A stretch of DNA of 32,000 bases from Demequinaceae bacterium. GTDB taxonomy: Bacteria > Actinomycetota > Actinomycetes > Actinomycetales > Demequinaceae. Where the stretch lies: contig OZ252279.1 of assembly GCA_965250005.1 (NCBI GenBank), forward strand, positions 930,001 to 962,000. Direction: 5' to 3'. The notes beneath the pieces are model-generated. The model searched no databases, was not told the DNA's origin, and was given only the letters and a program-made list of their open reading frames with translations. Shown here in pieces: positions 10,106 to 23,351 of the stretch; the first letter of the stretch is position 1, and each line of letters opens with the position of its first letter. A program made the position numbers and the translations under genes.

Positions 10106-11103
10106 GTGGCTTCCTTAAGTGTCACTTCGAGCAGGTGGTGATCTGTTGCGACCAGCGCTGGAAGCACATCCGACCCGGCTGCGGGAAGAGTGATCACCAT
10201 GAAGTCCGAATAGTGGTGGATCACCTGATCCGTCAGCGTGCCCTCAAGCAGGGCCTTGTCCTTGGTCGGCAACGTGAGTTGAGCCCCGGGAACCTTGAAA
10301 GTGGACGTCACCGTGAACGGTACGAACACGAGTGCGCCTCCCTCGCCAGTGGCGAAGACGTAGGCCTCGTCGGTCCGCGCCGTGATCACGTCCTTGTAGG
10401 TTCCGCCGCGCCCCTTTGCCGTCGTGTCGAGAGCAGCCCGTGCGGCGAACATCCGCTCGCGGTAGGCGTCCTCCGCAAATTCATCCTTGTGCTCGCTCGC
10501 TGCTCCCTCGGTGAGCAGCGCGACGTAGGCGTCAATGGCGACCTCGGGAGTCATGACAAGGCCTCCCGCATCGAGTGCAAGTTGGTCAGCGCCGTCCGCC
10601 TGGCCCGGCATGGCGGGCAAAATGGCGCCTGGGAGCATGTGCGACCAGTAGCGGAGTTGGTAGGGCGCCTGCACGTCATCCTGCAGCCACAGCAGCACCA
10701 GCGGCGTCAGCCCCGTCTCTGGCTGCTTGGTTACGGCAACCATGATCCGAGGCCACGTCTCTTGCGACGTCACGTAGATGGCGAGGATTTCGTCCGGGAT
10801 GGGGGTGACCTTGTCGCCGCCCTTGCTCGCAATCGTGTACTCGGCGGCGCGGACAAGCGCGGCGTCTCCGCCAATGCGATCGGCAAAGAGCGTCGCGTCG
10901 GGCGTAAGGTCAGCGGCCGCGAGCTCTGCGAAGGTTTCCGCGACAATCTGTTCCGATTGCACGGTGAACACCGCCCCCCGATCCTCGAGCGTGGGCGCTG
11001 GCGGCGTCTCAGGGGTAGGTATCGCGCAACTGGAGAGTCCAACCGTGGCCGCGACCGCGGCCACGGCCACGAGACTTAGCCCCTCTATGTGAAGAGTTTT
11101 CAC
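10102..11103 (-). CDS. Putative secreted lipoprotein, actinobacterial hypothetical
   Basis: 333 aa; N-terminal hydrophobic signal with lipobox-like VGLSSC; overlaps the next gene upstream (11100) by 4 nt. Confidence 0.75.
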   Translation of the reverse strand: MKTLHIEGLSLVAVAAVAATVGLSSCAIPTPETPPAPTLEDRGAVFTVQSEQIVAETFAELAAADLTPDATLFADRIGGDAALVRAAEYTIASKGGDKVTPIPDEILAIYVTSQETWPRIMVAVTKQPETGLTPLVLLWLQDDVQAPYQLRYWSHMLPGAILPAMPGQADGADQLALDAGGLVMTPEVAIDAYVALLTEGAASEHKDEFAEDAYRERMFAARAALDTTAKGRGGTYKDVITARTDEAYVFATGEGGALVFVPFTVTSTFKVPGAQLTLPTKDKALLEGTLTDQVIHHYSDFMVITLPAAGSDVLPALVATDHHLLEVTLKEAT

Positions 11104-11834
11104 CTGATGTCCTTCAGTTCGCTTGAATCGACTTCGGGCGCGGAAGGCCGGGCCTCGATCGCCGCAGCCTCACGGCGCGCTCGCCTCAAACCTGGCTTTC
11201 CTTGGTCCTTCTTTTTGCGGCGGCTCGCAGACTTCTCTTCGACGCGGGCCTGCGCAGGCCGCAAATCCAGCCATCGGATCGCCAGCATCACGATTCCAAC
11301 GGCGAGCGCCGCCGCGCCTGCGGATAGCACCGGAAGCGCCCAGTCGAATCCAACGTCACGGTTGATGTCAAGCGAGGCGCTCACTAGATCCGTGCCGTTC
11401 TTGGACGACACAATCACAGTGATGCCGGGCTCGAAGCTGTCCGGGTCGAGCACAACGCGAGTAGCGCTCGCGGACTCCGTGCGCCAGATGTCATTCGAGG
11501 GTTCGCGCTCGTCATCGGAATAACGCCAGGTGGGCCCTGCGTCGAGCGCATCCCAACTCTTAACCCCACGCAGCAGCGAGACATCGGACTGACGAATCCA
11601 CGCTTCGGCATCAACGGGCCGTGCCGTACGGATCACTACAACGCCCTTGCCTTCGATCGTGATGGAGTGGCCCGCGGCGAGCGCTACGAACTCGGGCGGG
11701 ATTGCCACCGCAGGCGTGGCGAGTTCTGCCGACACAACAACGTCACGAGGGGGCTTGACGTTTAGGCCAGTGCCGCCGGCTGCGACCGAGAGCGCGCCAA
11801 GCACTGACAACGTAATTCCAACAGCTTTGAGCAC
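11100..11834 (-). CDS. Bitopic membrane protein of unknown function (start re-assigned from 12035 to GTG at 11834)
   Basis: GTG at 11832-11834 follows a strong SD (GGAGGAGGG on the minus strand) and gives VLKAVGITLSVLGALSVAAGG (TM1). A second TM, WALPVLSAGAAALAVGIVMLAI, is followed by a Lys/Arg-rich tail. The 67 upstream residues of the longest ORF would overlap the divergent promoter and CDS. Confidence 0.75.
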   Translation of the reverse strand: MLKAVGITLSVLGALSVAAGGTGLNVKPPRDVVVSAELATPAVAIPPEFVALAAGHSITIEGKGVVVIRTARPVDAEAWIRQSDVSLLRGVKSWDALDAGPTWRYSDDEREPSNDIWRTESASATRVVLDPDSFEPGITVIVSSKNGTDLVSASLDINRDVGFDWALPVLSAGAAALAVGIVMLAIRWLDLRPAQARVEEKSASRRKKKDQGKPGLRRARREAAAIEARPSAPEVDSSELKDIR

Positions 11835-11904
11835 CGAACCCTCCTCCGATTGCCTCTCTACTCTAGGAGACAACTCGCCGCACGGCGGCGTCGTCGCGTT
11901 GATG

Positions 11905-11933
11905 TTGCTACATTCGCCCACTACTCTGATAAC
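11905..11933 (+). promoter_or_regulatory. Candidate sigma70-type promoter for the coiled-coil protein gene
   Basis: TTGCTA (11905-11910), 17 nt, GATAAC (11928-11933). An alternative register is TTGATG (11899-11904), 17 nt, TACTCT (11922-11927). AAGGAG lies just before the ATG at 11965. Confidence 0.5.
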
Positions 11934-11964
11934 GAACAGCGGGACGTCCACCAAAGGAGAACCA

Positions 11965-13293
11965 ATGTCCGAGCCGAACACCCCGTTCCCCATCGCAATG
12001 CGGGGGTACGACCGTGACGCTGTGGCGGCGCACATCGGACAGTTGGAGGATCAAGTTCGGGACGCCGAGCGCCAGGCGGATGCCGCACACGGCGAGGCGG
12101 AGCGCGCTCGCACCGACTTGGACGCAGCGCAAGAAGGCCTGAAAGAGGTGGGCAAGCCCAGCTACACCGGGCTCGGCCAGCGCGTCGAGCAACTGCTGCG
12201 TAGCGCTGAAGAGCAGTCGGCGGATGTCCTGGCCCGCGCCAACACTCATTCTCAAGAAACGGTCGCGCGCGCCAACCTCGCGGCCCAGCAGCTCCGCGCC
12301 CGAGCGGACAACGAGGTGGCCGAGCTCCTCGCGCAGTCTCGCCGTGAGGCCGAGGATCTCAAGGCTCAGACAGAGCGCGAGACTACCGCTCTGCGCGAAG
12401 CCACGCAGCAGGCCACAGAAGAGCTCAGTGAAACCTCGCAGCGCGAAGCCGCAAGCAAGCGATCCACGCTCGAATCCGAAATCGCCGACGGAAAGGCCTC
12501 CCTTGAGCGCGAGGTGAACGCGATGCGCGCGACGGCCGAGCGCGAAGCCACGGAACTTCGGGTCAAGACTCAGCGCGAAGCCACGGAGGCCGCAGAGTCT
12601 TCCAAGGCGGAGGCCGAGCGCTTGGTCGACACCGCAACAGCGCAAGCAGAGAAGACCATTGCGGACGCACGCATCGAAGTAGACCAGGCACGTCAGGAGT
12701 CCAGCAGAATTCGCGAGGACCTGCAGGTTGAGGTCGCGCAGCGCCGCGAGGACTCCGAGAAGACGCTCCAGAAGCGCTACGACGACTCGAACGCCGAGTA
12801 CGAGCAGATGATCGCCGACTCGCGCCAACGCGCGAACGAGGCTGAAATCCGCGCCAAGGGCGCCTTGGACAAAGCTGAGCAGACGCGCGCAGATGCAGAC
12901 AACCACGCCGAGTCACTCGTGACAACGGCCCGGAAGAATGCGGACGAGATTGTCACCGAAGCTCGCGAGAGCGCAGAGACGATCATGAGTGAAGCCGTCA
13001 ACGACGCGGAGCGGGAACGTTCGTCCGCGCAACGCGAAGTGGACGACCTCAATCGGCAGCGCGAATCGATCACGAGCTACCTTGACGAGTTGCGTACGTT
13101 GCTCACGTCGGACCCGACGGGTCGCGTGGCCGCAGCTCAAACCACGGGAGCCGCACCCGGCGTACTCGCCGAAGCCGCAGCCACTGCTGCTGCCTCGATG
13201 CACCAGGAGCAAGAACCCGCGACCGACGCTCCCGCCGAGGCCGAACCAGATGGCATCCCGGTCAAGCTCGAGGATATGCGCGAGGACTCCTAA
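11965..13293 (+). CDS. Scy/DivIVA-like long coiled-coil protein (often annotated cellulose-binding protein)
   Basis: 442 aa from ATG 11965 with SD AAGGAG; N-terminal MRGYDRDAVAAHIGQLEDQVR resembles the DivIVA-domain start, followed by about 300 aa of Ala/Glu/Arg-rich heptad-like sequence. The longer ORF start at 11647 is not supported. Confidence 0.78.
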   Translation: MSEPNTPFPIAMRGYDRDAVAAHIGQLEDQVRDAERQADAAHGEAERARTDLDAAQEGLKEVGKPSYTGLGQRVEQLLRSAEEQSADVLARANTHSQETVARANLAAQQLRARADNEVAELLAQSRREAEDLKAQTERETTALREATQQATEELSETSQREAASKRSTLESEIADGKASLEREVNAMRATAEREATELRVKTQREATEAAESSKAEAERLVDTATAQAEKTIADARIEVDQARQESSRIREDLQVEVAQRREDSEKTLQKRYDDSNAEYEQMIADSRQRANEAEIRAKGALDKAEQTRADADNHAESLVTTARKNADEIVTEARESAETIMSEAVNDAERERSSAQREVDDLNRQRESITSYLDELRTLLTSDPTGRVAAAQTTGAAPGVLAEAAATAAASMHQEQEPATDAPAEAEPDGIPVKLEDMREDS

Positions 13294-13316
13294 CGGAGCC
13301 AACCGTTGGCCCACCC

Positions 13317-13751
13317 GTGTCTGTCTCAAAGCGACCTACCGGAAGCGACCCGCTCGGTGATCGCGCGCGCGCCAAGGTAGAAGTTCTCGCCAAGGTGCGG
13401 GCCGCTGAGTCCCGTCGCGCACAAGAGTGGATAGCAGAGTTCGTGGGCAAAGCGCAGGCAGCCAAACTCAAGCCCGACGTGCTCAGAGCGCGCTCATACG
13501 GCGGAAAATCGCTTTACCGATCCAACGTCACCGGATGGTACATCCGCAAGGACAAGAGCATTGGAATCGGGACCGACGGCGGGTTTTACATCTTGTCGGC
13601 ACCCACGTCGCTGGCCGCGCGCATCACCGGCGTCACGCTCGATCCCAGCGATCCGCCCATGGAGTTAGGCAGGGGCTCGCGTGACGGCGAATCGATCCCG
13701 TTGCCCCTCGCGCTTGAGCGCCGGCTCGCCGCAGGCGACAGCTACCCCTAG
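13317..13751 (+). CDS. Conserved hypothetical protein
   Basis: 144 aa from a GTG start, 23 nt after the coiled-coil gene; compact SYGGKSLYRSNVTGWYIRKDKSIGIGTDGGFYIL core. No family assigned. Confidence 0.65.
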   Translation: MSVSKRPTGSDPLGDRARAKVEVLAKVRAAESRRAQEWIAEFVGKAQAAKLKPDVLRARSYGGKSLYRSNVTGWYIRKDKSIGIGTDGGFYILSAPTSLAARITGVTLDPSDPPMELGRGSRDGESIPLPLALERRLAAGDSYP

Positions 13752-14596
13752 TCCTGCCCGTGCACGTCAACTGACAAGCTCGCAAGCACCCGCGCAATCC
13801 CCGACGGGTCTTCGATAGGGCTGAGATGGCCCACACCGTTAGTCGTTACCTTGGTGCCCAAGGCCGCCGCCATGTTCTCCGCATCAGCGAACGACGTAAT
13901 CGTGTCGAGCTTTCCCCACACCACCGCGGCGGGAACCTCGAGCGCGCGGAGTGCGTCCGTGCGGTCGGGCCGGGCCGCCATGGCCCGTTGGGCCCACGCC
14001 ACGCTCGCCGGCTGCTGGCGCGAGATTATTGCGGCAACGGTCTCAAGGATGCGCGTCCGGGCAGCGCCCTGCACTCCCACGAGACCCTCTGCCATGCCAG
14101 CCGGATCGGCCATGCACGCGAGGCCTTCCGTGCGAGCTGCCGCATCAAGGCGAGTCGCGCGCGCGGCGTCGGTGTCCGCCGTCGAGCGCGTGTTGAAGAG
14201 TCCTAGTCCGGCGACTGCCTCCGCGTGCCGTTCGGCGATGGCGAGCGCAACGTAGCCTCCCATCGAGCATCCGGCCCAGATGGCCTCGGTGGATCCCGTC
14301 AATGCGCTCACGGCGCTCACCGCCGCATCCGCCACGGAATGGAGGCCCACGTCACTGCCCTGACCATGGGCTGCGGAAAGCCCGGGATACGTGAGTACGA
14401 GCACACGCGGACTGGGGCCCACGCGTGCCGTAAGCGCCGCGAGCACCGGGGCCCACATACTGCCGTCGAGCGGGAAGGCATGGAGCAGAACCAGCGGAAT
14501 GCCGGCGGAATGCGCGTCCGCGGGCGCCGAATCGCCAGGGCCAGCGTGTCGGCCACGTGCGCGGTGATCCGCCACGACGGACACGAGTCCGCTCAT
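13748..14596 (-). CDS. Alpha/beta-fold hydrolase
   Basis: 282 aa; LVLLHAFPLDGSMW, nucleophile elbow WAGCSMGGYVAL, C-terminal VVWGKLD and GVGHLSPIEDP. Confidence 0.85.
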   Translation of the reverse strand: MSGLVSVVADHRARGRHAGPGDSAPADAHSAGIPLVLLHAFPLDGSMWAPVLAALTARVGPSPRVLVLTYPGLSAAHGQGSDVGLHSVADAAVSAVSALTGSTEAIWAGCSMGGYVALAIAERHAEAVAGLGLFNTRSTADTDAARATRLDAAARTEGLACMADPAGMAEGLVGVQGAARTRILETVAAIISRQQPASVAWAQRAMAARPDRTDALRALEVPAAVVWGKLDTITSFADAENMAAALGTKVTTNGVGHLSPIEDPSGIARVLASLSVDVHGQD

Positions 14597-15300
14597 ACGA
14601 CCTCCCCTGCCGACACCTCAGTCCGCAGGGGCGCCCTCTCGGGAGCAACCTGCTGCACAATCGCGTCGAGCACGATCCGCACATACCTCTCTCCGACCCA
14701 CAGATGCTTGGCCTCCGGAACCGCAACAATCTCCGCAGTCGTCAACGGCGCGAATCGTTCCCTAGCAGCCACTGGTCGCAGGTAGTCGTCGAGTTCAGGG
14801 ACGACAACCTTGACGGGCTTGCCAGAGGCCTGCCACGCCCCCAGATCGTCTTCGCCTGCGTGCTTGAGCGGCGGGGACAGCAGCACGGCACCCACCACGT
14901 CGAGATCGCTGCCATGCATGAGCGCCAGCTCGGTCCCGAAGCTCCAACCCACCAACCACCGATGGGGCAGCCCGCGGGCGACGGCAAAACTCACGGCGGC
15001 GCGGACGTCTGCGCCCTCCCCGACGCCCTCGTCGAACGACCCTTCCGACGTCCCACGGGGGCTGTGCGTTCCGCGTGTGTTGAACCGAAGCACCGCGATG
15101 TTCGCGAGGTGCGGGAGACGCCACGCGGCCTTGCGGAAAACGTGCGAATCCATGAAGCCGCCGTGCGTGGGCAAGGGGTGCAGCGTGATGAGCGTTGCCT
15201 CGATTTCACCTGTCGCTGGAAGCGCGAGTTCCCCTACGAGTGTGAGCCCGTCCTCGGTCTCAATCTCGATATTCTCGCGCACAGCCGGCAAGACCGTCAT
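14593..15300 (-). CDS. Alpha/beta-hydrolase family protein (start likely ATG at 15300 rather than 15483)
   Basis: HPLPTHGGFMDSHVF, FNTRGTHSPRGTSEG, WLVGWSFGTELAL, VPEAKHLW. The longest ORF (15483) overlaps the upstream gene at 15344-15652; M at 15300 gives MTVLPAVRENIEIETEDGLTLVGEL. Confidence 0.8.
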   Translation of the reverse strand: MTVLPAVRENIEIETEDGLTLVGELALPATGEIEATLITLHPLPTHGGFMDSHVFRKAAWRLPHLANIAVLRFNTRGTHSPRGTSEGSFDEGVGEGADVRAAVSFAVARGLPHRWLVGWSFGTELALMHGSDLDVVGAVLLSPPLKHAGEDDLGAWQASGKPVKVVVPELDDYLRPVAARERFAPLTTAEIVAVPEAKHLWVGERYVRIVLDAIVQQVAPERAPLRTEVSAGEVV

Positions 15301-15343
15301 GGAGCGAATCTCGACAGCAGCGTCGTCAGTTACTGCAGCGCCG

Positions 15344-15652
15344 TCAACCACCGCTACTCCCGAACGTCTCCCAGCAGTTGTTGTGCCAATGCCTTCGTTC
15401 ACCCGCCGCGACGTCGGCTCCAAAGAGGCCGTCTGCGGCCCATGCGACAACGTGGCTGGTGTTGGCAAGAATCTCCTGTCCACAGGCGGGACACACGTAG
15501 GTCGTATCTCGCTGCCGGGAGACCGCGACGTGGTAGTCCTCGCCGCCCGGTCCGGGCATCACGCGTGACGCGAATCCGCCACGGGCGCGCTCCACATCCA
15601 GTTCAGGATGCGGGGCGCCGTAGGGGCGCTTGGTCGACTTGCGGCGTGCCAT
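15344..15652 (-). CDS. Small conserved actinobacterial protein with putative metal-binding CxxC...HxxxC motif
   Basis: 102 aa; DTTYVCPACGQEI...HVV...GERRHWHNNCW. Confidence 0.75.
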   Translation of the reverse strand: MARRKSTKRPYGAPHPELDVERARGGFASRVMPGPGGEDYHVAVSRQRDTTYVCPACGQEILANTSHVVAWAADGLFGADVAAGERRHWHNNCWETFGSSGG

Positions 15653-15712
15653 GCGTCAATTCTACGAGACTACGCAGCATAGGGGCTGACCCCCGTGGCT
15701 GAGATCGAGGTG

Positions 15713-16408
15713 TTAGAAGAGCCGTGTGCTCACGTCTTCCGATCCGCGCATGCTTTCGTAGTCGAGAATGAGGCAGCGGATCCCTCGGTCCTCGGCGAGG
15801 ACTCGGGCTTGGGGTTTGATCTCCTGAGCTGCGAACACGCCTTCGACCGGTGACAGCAGCGGGTCTCGGTTGAGCAGTTCAAGGTAGCGCGTGAGCTGCT
15901 CAACCCCGTCGATTTCGCCACGCCGCTTGATCTCGACGGCCACAGCCGCGCCCGCCGCGTCGCGCGCGAGAATGTCCACCGGCCCGATGGCCGTAGGGAA
16001 TTCGCGCCTGACCAGGGTGTGGCCAGCGCCAAGCAGCGCGATCTGTTCCGCGAGCATCTCTTGCAGGTGTGCCTCTACGCCATCCTTGATGAGACCGGGG
16101 TCGTGACCGAGTTCGTGCTCGGTATCGCTCAGAATCTCGTGCAGACTCACGACAAGTTTGTCGTTGCTCTTATCATGCTGCACCGTCCAGACCACCTGAA
16201 CGCCCGCCTTGCGCGCGGCCTTGTCGGGCTTAGTCTCGCGCAGAATGCACGGCGGGCTCATCCAGTTGAGCGGCTTGTACGAGCCGCCGTCCGAATGCAG
16301 CAGCACCGAGCCGTCGGCCTTGACCATGATTGCTCGCGTGGCGAGCGGCAGGTGGGCGTTGAGCCTCCCGCTGTAGGCGGCCTCGCATCGCGCGATCACC
16401 ACCCGCAT
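15713..16408 (-). CDS. nucS: Endonuclease NucS/EndoMS
   Basis: 231 aa; [90 protein letters not shown]. Confidence 0.95.
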   Translation of the reverse strand: MRVVIARCEAAYSGRLNAHLPLATRAIMVKADGSVLLHSDGGSYKPLNWMSPPCILRETKPDKAARKAGVQVVWTVQHDKSNDKLVVSLHEILSDTEHELGHDPGLIKDGVEAHLQEMLAEQIALLGAGHTLVRREFPTAIGPVDILARDAAGAAVAVEIKRRGEIDGVEQLTRYLELLNRDPLLSPVEGVFAAQEIKPQARVLAEDRGIRCLILDYESMRGSEDVSTRLF

Positions 16409-16410
16409 GA

Positions 16411-16674
16411 CTAGACCGCGGCGCCCTCTACGGTGTCAGCGACAATCGTGATGGAGTTGTGGTCGAACGAAATGAACCCGCCGTTAACGTGCAGACTCTT
16501 TCCCTCGCCACCCTCGACCTGCACCCGTACCTCGCCTGGGCGGAGGACGGACAGCACAGGCTCGTGGCCGGCGAGCAGGCCAATCTCGCCCTCAACGGTT
16601 GGCGCAACGACGCTCGATGCCATCCCGGACCACAGCACGCGGTCCGGGGCGACAATGTTGACGTCGAGATCCAT
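16411..16674 (-). CDS. atpC: F-ATP synthase epsilon subunit
   Basis: 87 aa; [45 protein letters not shown]. Confidence 0.95.
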   Translation of the reverse strand: MDLDVNIVAPDRVLWSGMASSVVAPTVEGEIGLLAGHEPVLSVLRPGEVRVQVEGGEGKSLHVNGGFISFDHNSITIVADTVEGAAV

Positions 16675-19085
<2,411 letters not shown>

Positions 19086-19097
19086 TGAGGTGGTTCC

Positions 19098-20747
19098 TTA
19101 CTTCTTCGCGGTTTTCGTTGAACGCTGCGTCACGATTTGCGCCTGCTCGACGTCGACATCGGCGCCATCTGAGGAGCTGCTATCGGTGGAGAGGTCCGCA
19201 CCCTCAGACTCGAGGAACGTGGATACGTAGTCGTCCACTGCCTTCTCTAGCGCGGCCTCAGTCTTCTCCTCGAGCTTGCCGCTCGAAGCGATGTCCTTCA
19301 GCACCTTGGTGTTGCGCTTGAGGTGATCGATCAGCTCGCGCTCGAAGCGCAGGATGTCGGCTACAGGAATCTTGTCGAGCTTGCCCTTGGTTCCGGCCCA
19401 GATCGAGACGACCTGGTCCTCGACCGGATACGGCGTGTACTGGGGCTGCTTGAGCAGTTCCATGAGGCGCGCGCCGCGGGTGAGTTGCTGACGGGAAGCT
19501 GCGTCGAGGTCGGACGCGAACATAGCAAAAGCCTCGAGCGAGCGGTACTGGGCGAGGTCGATTTTGAGCGTTCCGGAGACCGCCTTCATTGCCTTCACCT
19601 GCGCAGATCCGCCGACGCGAGACACCGAGATTCCGACGTCGACCGCCGGGCGCTGATTCGCGTTGAAGAGGTCCGACTGCAGGAAAATCTGCCCGTCCGT
19701 AATCGAGATCACGTTGGTCGGGATGTACGCGGACACGTCGTTCGCCTTGGTTTCGATCACTGGCAGTCCAGTCATCGACCCACCGCCCAACTCGTCTGAG
19801 AGCTTCGCACAACGCTCAAGCAGGCGGCTGTGGAGGTAGAACACGTCACCGGGGTACGCCTCGCGACCCGGCGGGCGCCGCAGTAGCAGCGACACGGCGC
19901 GGTACGCCTCGGCCTGCTTGCTCAGGTCATCGAAGATGATGAGAACGTGTTTGCCCGCGTACATCCAGTGCTGGCCGATGGCCGAGCCGGTGTACGGCGC
20001 GAGGTACTTGTAGCCTGCGGGGTCAGACGCAGGAGCAGCGACGATAGTCGTGTATTCGAGCGCGCCAGCCTCTTCGAGTGCTCCGCGCACCGAGGCAATG
20101 GTCGAGCCTTTCTGCCCGATAGCGACGTAGATGCAGCGGACCTGCTTCTTCTCGTCGCCGCTATCCCAGTTGGCCTTCTGGTTGATGATGGTGTCGATCG
20201 CGATGGCGGTCTTTCCGGTCTGGCGGTCGCCAATGATCAACTGACGCTGGCCGCGGCCGATCGGGATCATCGCGTCGATGGCTTTGAGGCCCGTCTGAAG
20301 CGGCTCGTGGACCGATTTCCGGACCATGACACCAGGCGCCTGGAGCTCGAGGGCACGGCGGCCCTCCGTGACGATATCGCCAAGCCCGTCAATCGCGTTT
20401 CCGAGCGGGTCAACGACGCGGCCGAGGTAGCCATCGCCAACAGCGACAGACAGGACCTCGCCGGTGCGGTGGACTTCCTGGCCCTCTTCGATGCCGGTGA
20501 ACTCACCGAGCACCACGACACCGATCTGGCGCACGTCAAGGTTGAGTGCGAGGCCGAGCGTGCCGTCCTGGAAGCGCAGCAGCTCGTTGGCCATGGCGCC
20601 TGGCAGGCCCTCGACCTGCGCGATGCCGTCTCCCGCGAGGGTGACGCGGCCGACTTCCTCCTGCACCACGCCCTTGGGCTCGTACGACTTCACGTAACTG
20701 TCGAGCGCAGTCCGGATCTCGTCGGGACTGATCTTCAGGTCAGCCAT
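19098..20747 (-). CDS. atpA: F-ATP synthase alpha subunit
   Basis: 549 aa; [46 protein letters not shown]. Confidence 0.96.
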   Translation of the reverse strand: MADLKISPDEIRTALDSYVKSYEPKGVVQEEVGRVTLAGDGIAQVEGLPGAMANELLRFQDGTLGLALNLDVRQIGVVVLGEFTGIEEGQEVHRTGEVLSVAVGDGYLGRVVDPLGNAIDGLGDIVTEGRRALELQAPGVMVRKSVHEPLQTGLKAIDAMIPIGRGQRQLIIGDRQTGKTAIAIDTIINQKANWDSGDEKKQVRCIYVAIGQKGSTIASVRGALEEAGALEYTTIVAAPASDPAGYKYLAPYTGSAIGQHWMYAGKHVLIIFDDLSKQAEAYRAVSLLLRRPPGREAYPGDVFYLHSRLLERCAKLSDELGGGSMTGLPVIETKANDVSAYIPTNVISITDGQIFLQSDLFNANQRPAVDVGISVSRVGGSAQVKAMKAVSGTLKIDLAQYRSLEAFAMFASDLDAASRQQLTRGARLMELLKQPQYTPYPVEDQVVSIWAGTKGKLDKIPVADILRFERELIDHLKRNTKVLKDIASSGKLEEKTEAALEKAVDDYVSTFLESEGADLSTDSSSSDGADVDVEQAQIVTQRSTKTAKK

Positions 20748-20791
20748 GTTTTATCTCCTGTCAATTCCGCGGTAGCGGTTCAGTGTTGGCG

Positions 20792-21604
20792 TTAGCCAAC
20801 AAGTCTTCGTCGTGCTTCGTCAAGCCGGGACAGCACGGTGCCGTCCACTACTTCATGCCCGACCTGGACTCGAATGCCACCCAGCACACCTGGCTGGATA
20901 GCGACGTTCAGTTGAATCTCGCGCCCATAGGCGTTCGCGAGGATGCTGGTGAGGCGCGCGCGCTGCTTGGCGCTGAGCTCGACTGCCGACACGACGTTCG
21001 CGACTGACCGGTCGCGGCGGCCTGCTGCTGCAGCGATGAACGCCGTGAGCGAAGCGCTCACCCGGCGATCCCGAGGTGCAAATGCGGCGCGCTCAAGGAG
21101 CGCGAGCGTCTCGCTTGCCAAGCTCTTGCCGAAAACGCTGGTGAGGAGGTCACGGCGCTTGGCCGGATCGCCCGTACGGTCGTCTAGGGCCACGCGCAGA
21201 TCGCGCTCGGCAGCGAGCATGCGCTCAACGCGGAATAGCTCTTCTTCGACAGCGTCGAGCCTTCCCGCGGCGTCGGCGGCCCCAAGGAGTGCCTCCATGC
21301 CCGCGGCCTCGAGCGAGTCACCAAGGTCGCGCTCGTGCGACCACCTAGCGTGCACCAGGTCGGACGCGACGTCAATGACGCGGGGGTCGACCGTACCGAA
21401 AAGTTCCTTCACCAAGCTGGCCTTGTCCGTGCCCGGTCGTGCCGGGTCCGTCAGGGCGCGGCGCAGCGAGCCGGAGGAATCGAGCGCGTCTACAACCGTG
21501 AAAATCTCGGCGGCCAGGACGGCACTCTCCGCTCCCGCGGCGTTGACCACGGGCTCGAATCCCTTCAGCACGGCGTCGCGCGACGCTTGGCTCGTTCCAC
21601 GCAT
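20792..21604 (-). CDS. atpH: F-ATP synthase delta subunit
   Basis: 270 aa; C-terminal REIQLNVAIQPGVLGGIRVQVGHEVVDGTVLSRLDEARRRL; position between atpF and atpA. Confidence 0.93.
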   Translation of the reverse strand: MRGTSQASRDAVLKGFEPVVNAAGAESAVLAAEIFTVVDALDSSGSLRRALTDPARPGTDKASLVKELFGTVDPRVIDVASDLVHARWSHERDLGDSLEAAGMEALLGAADAAGRLDAVEEELFRVERMLAAERDLRVALDDRTGDPAKRRDLLTSVFGKSLASETLALLERAAFAPRDRRVSASLTAFIAAAAGRRDRSVANVVSAVELSAKQRARLTSILANAYGREIQLNVAIQPGVLGGIRVQVGHEVVDGTVLSRLDEARRRLVG

Positions 21605-21606
21605 GG

Positions 21607-23283
<1,677 letters not shown>

Positions 23284-23351
23284 GGCTCGCGCACACGGGC
23301 GTTAGCCAGGTCTTGCAGGAATCGCGCTAAGCCTATCCCAGAATCTGGCTA

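Noticed and set aside
11647-11964. N-terminal 106 codons of the longest coiled-coil ORF
   Set aside because: Overlaps the divergent gene and promoter region; ATG 11965 has a good SD and starts at the conserved region.
14557-15702. 381 aa plus-strand ORF across the hydrolases
   Set aside because: Antisense to three better-supported genes; His/Arg/Pro-rich composition typical of shadow frames.
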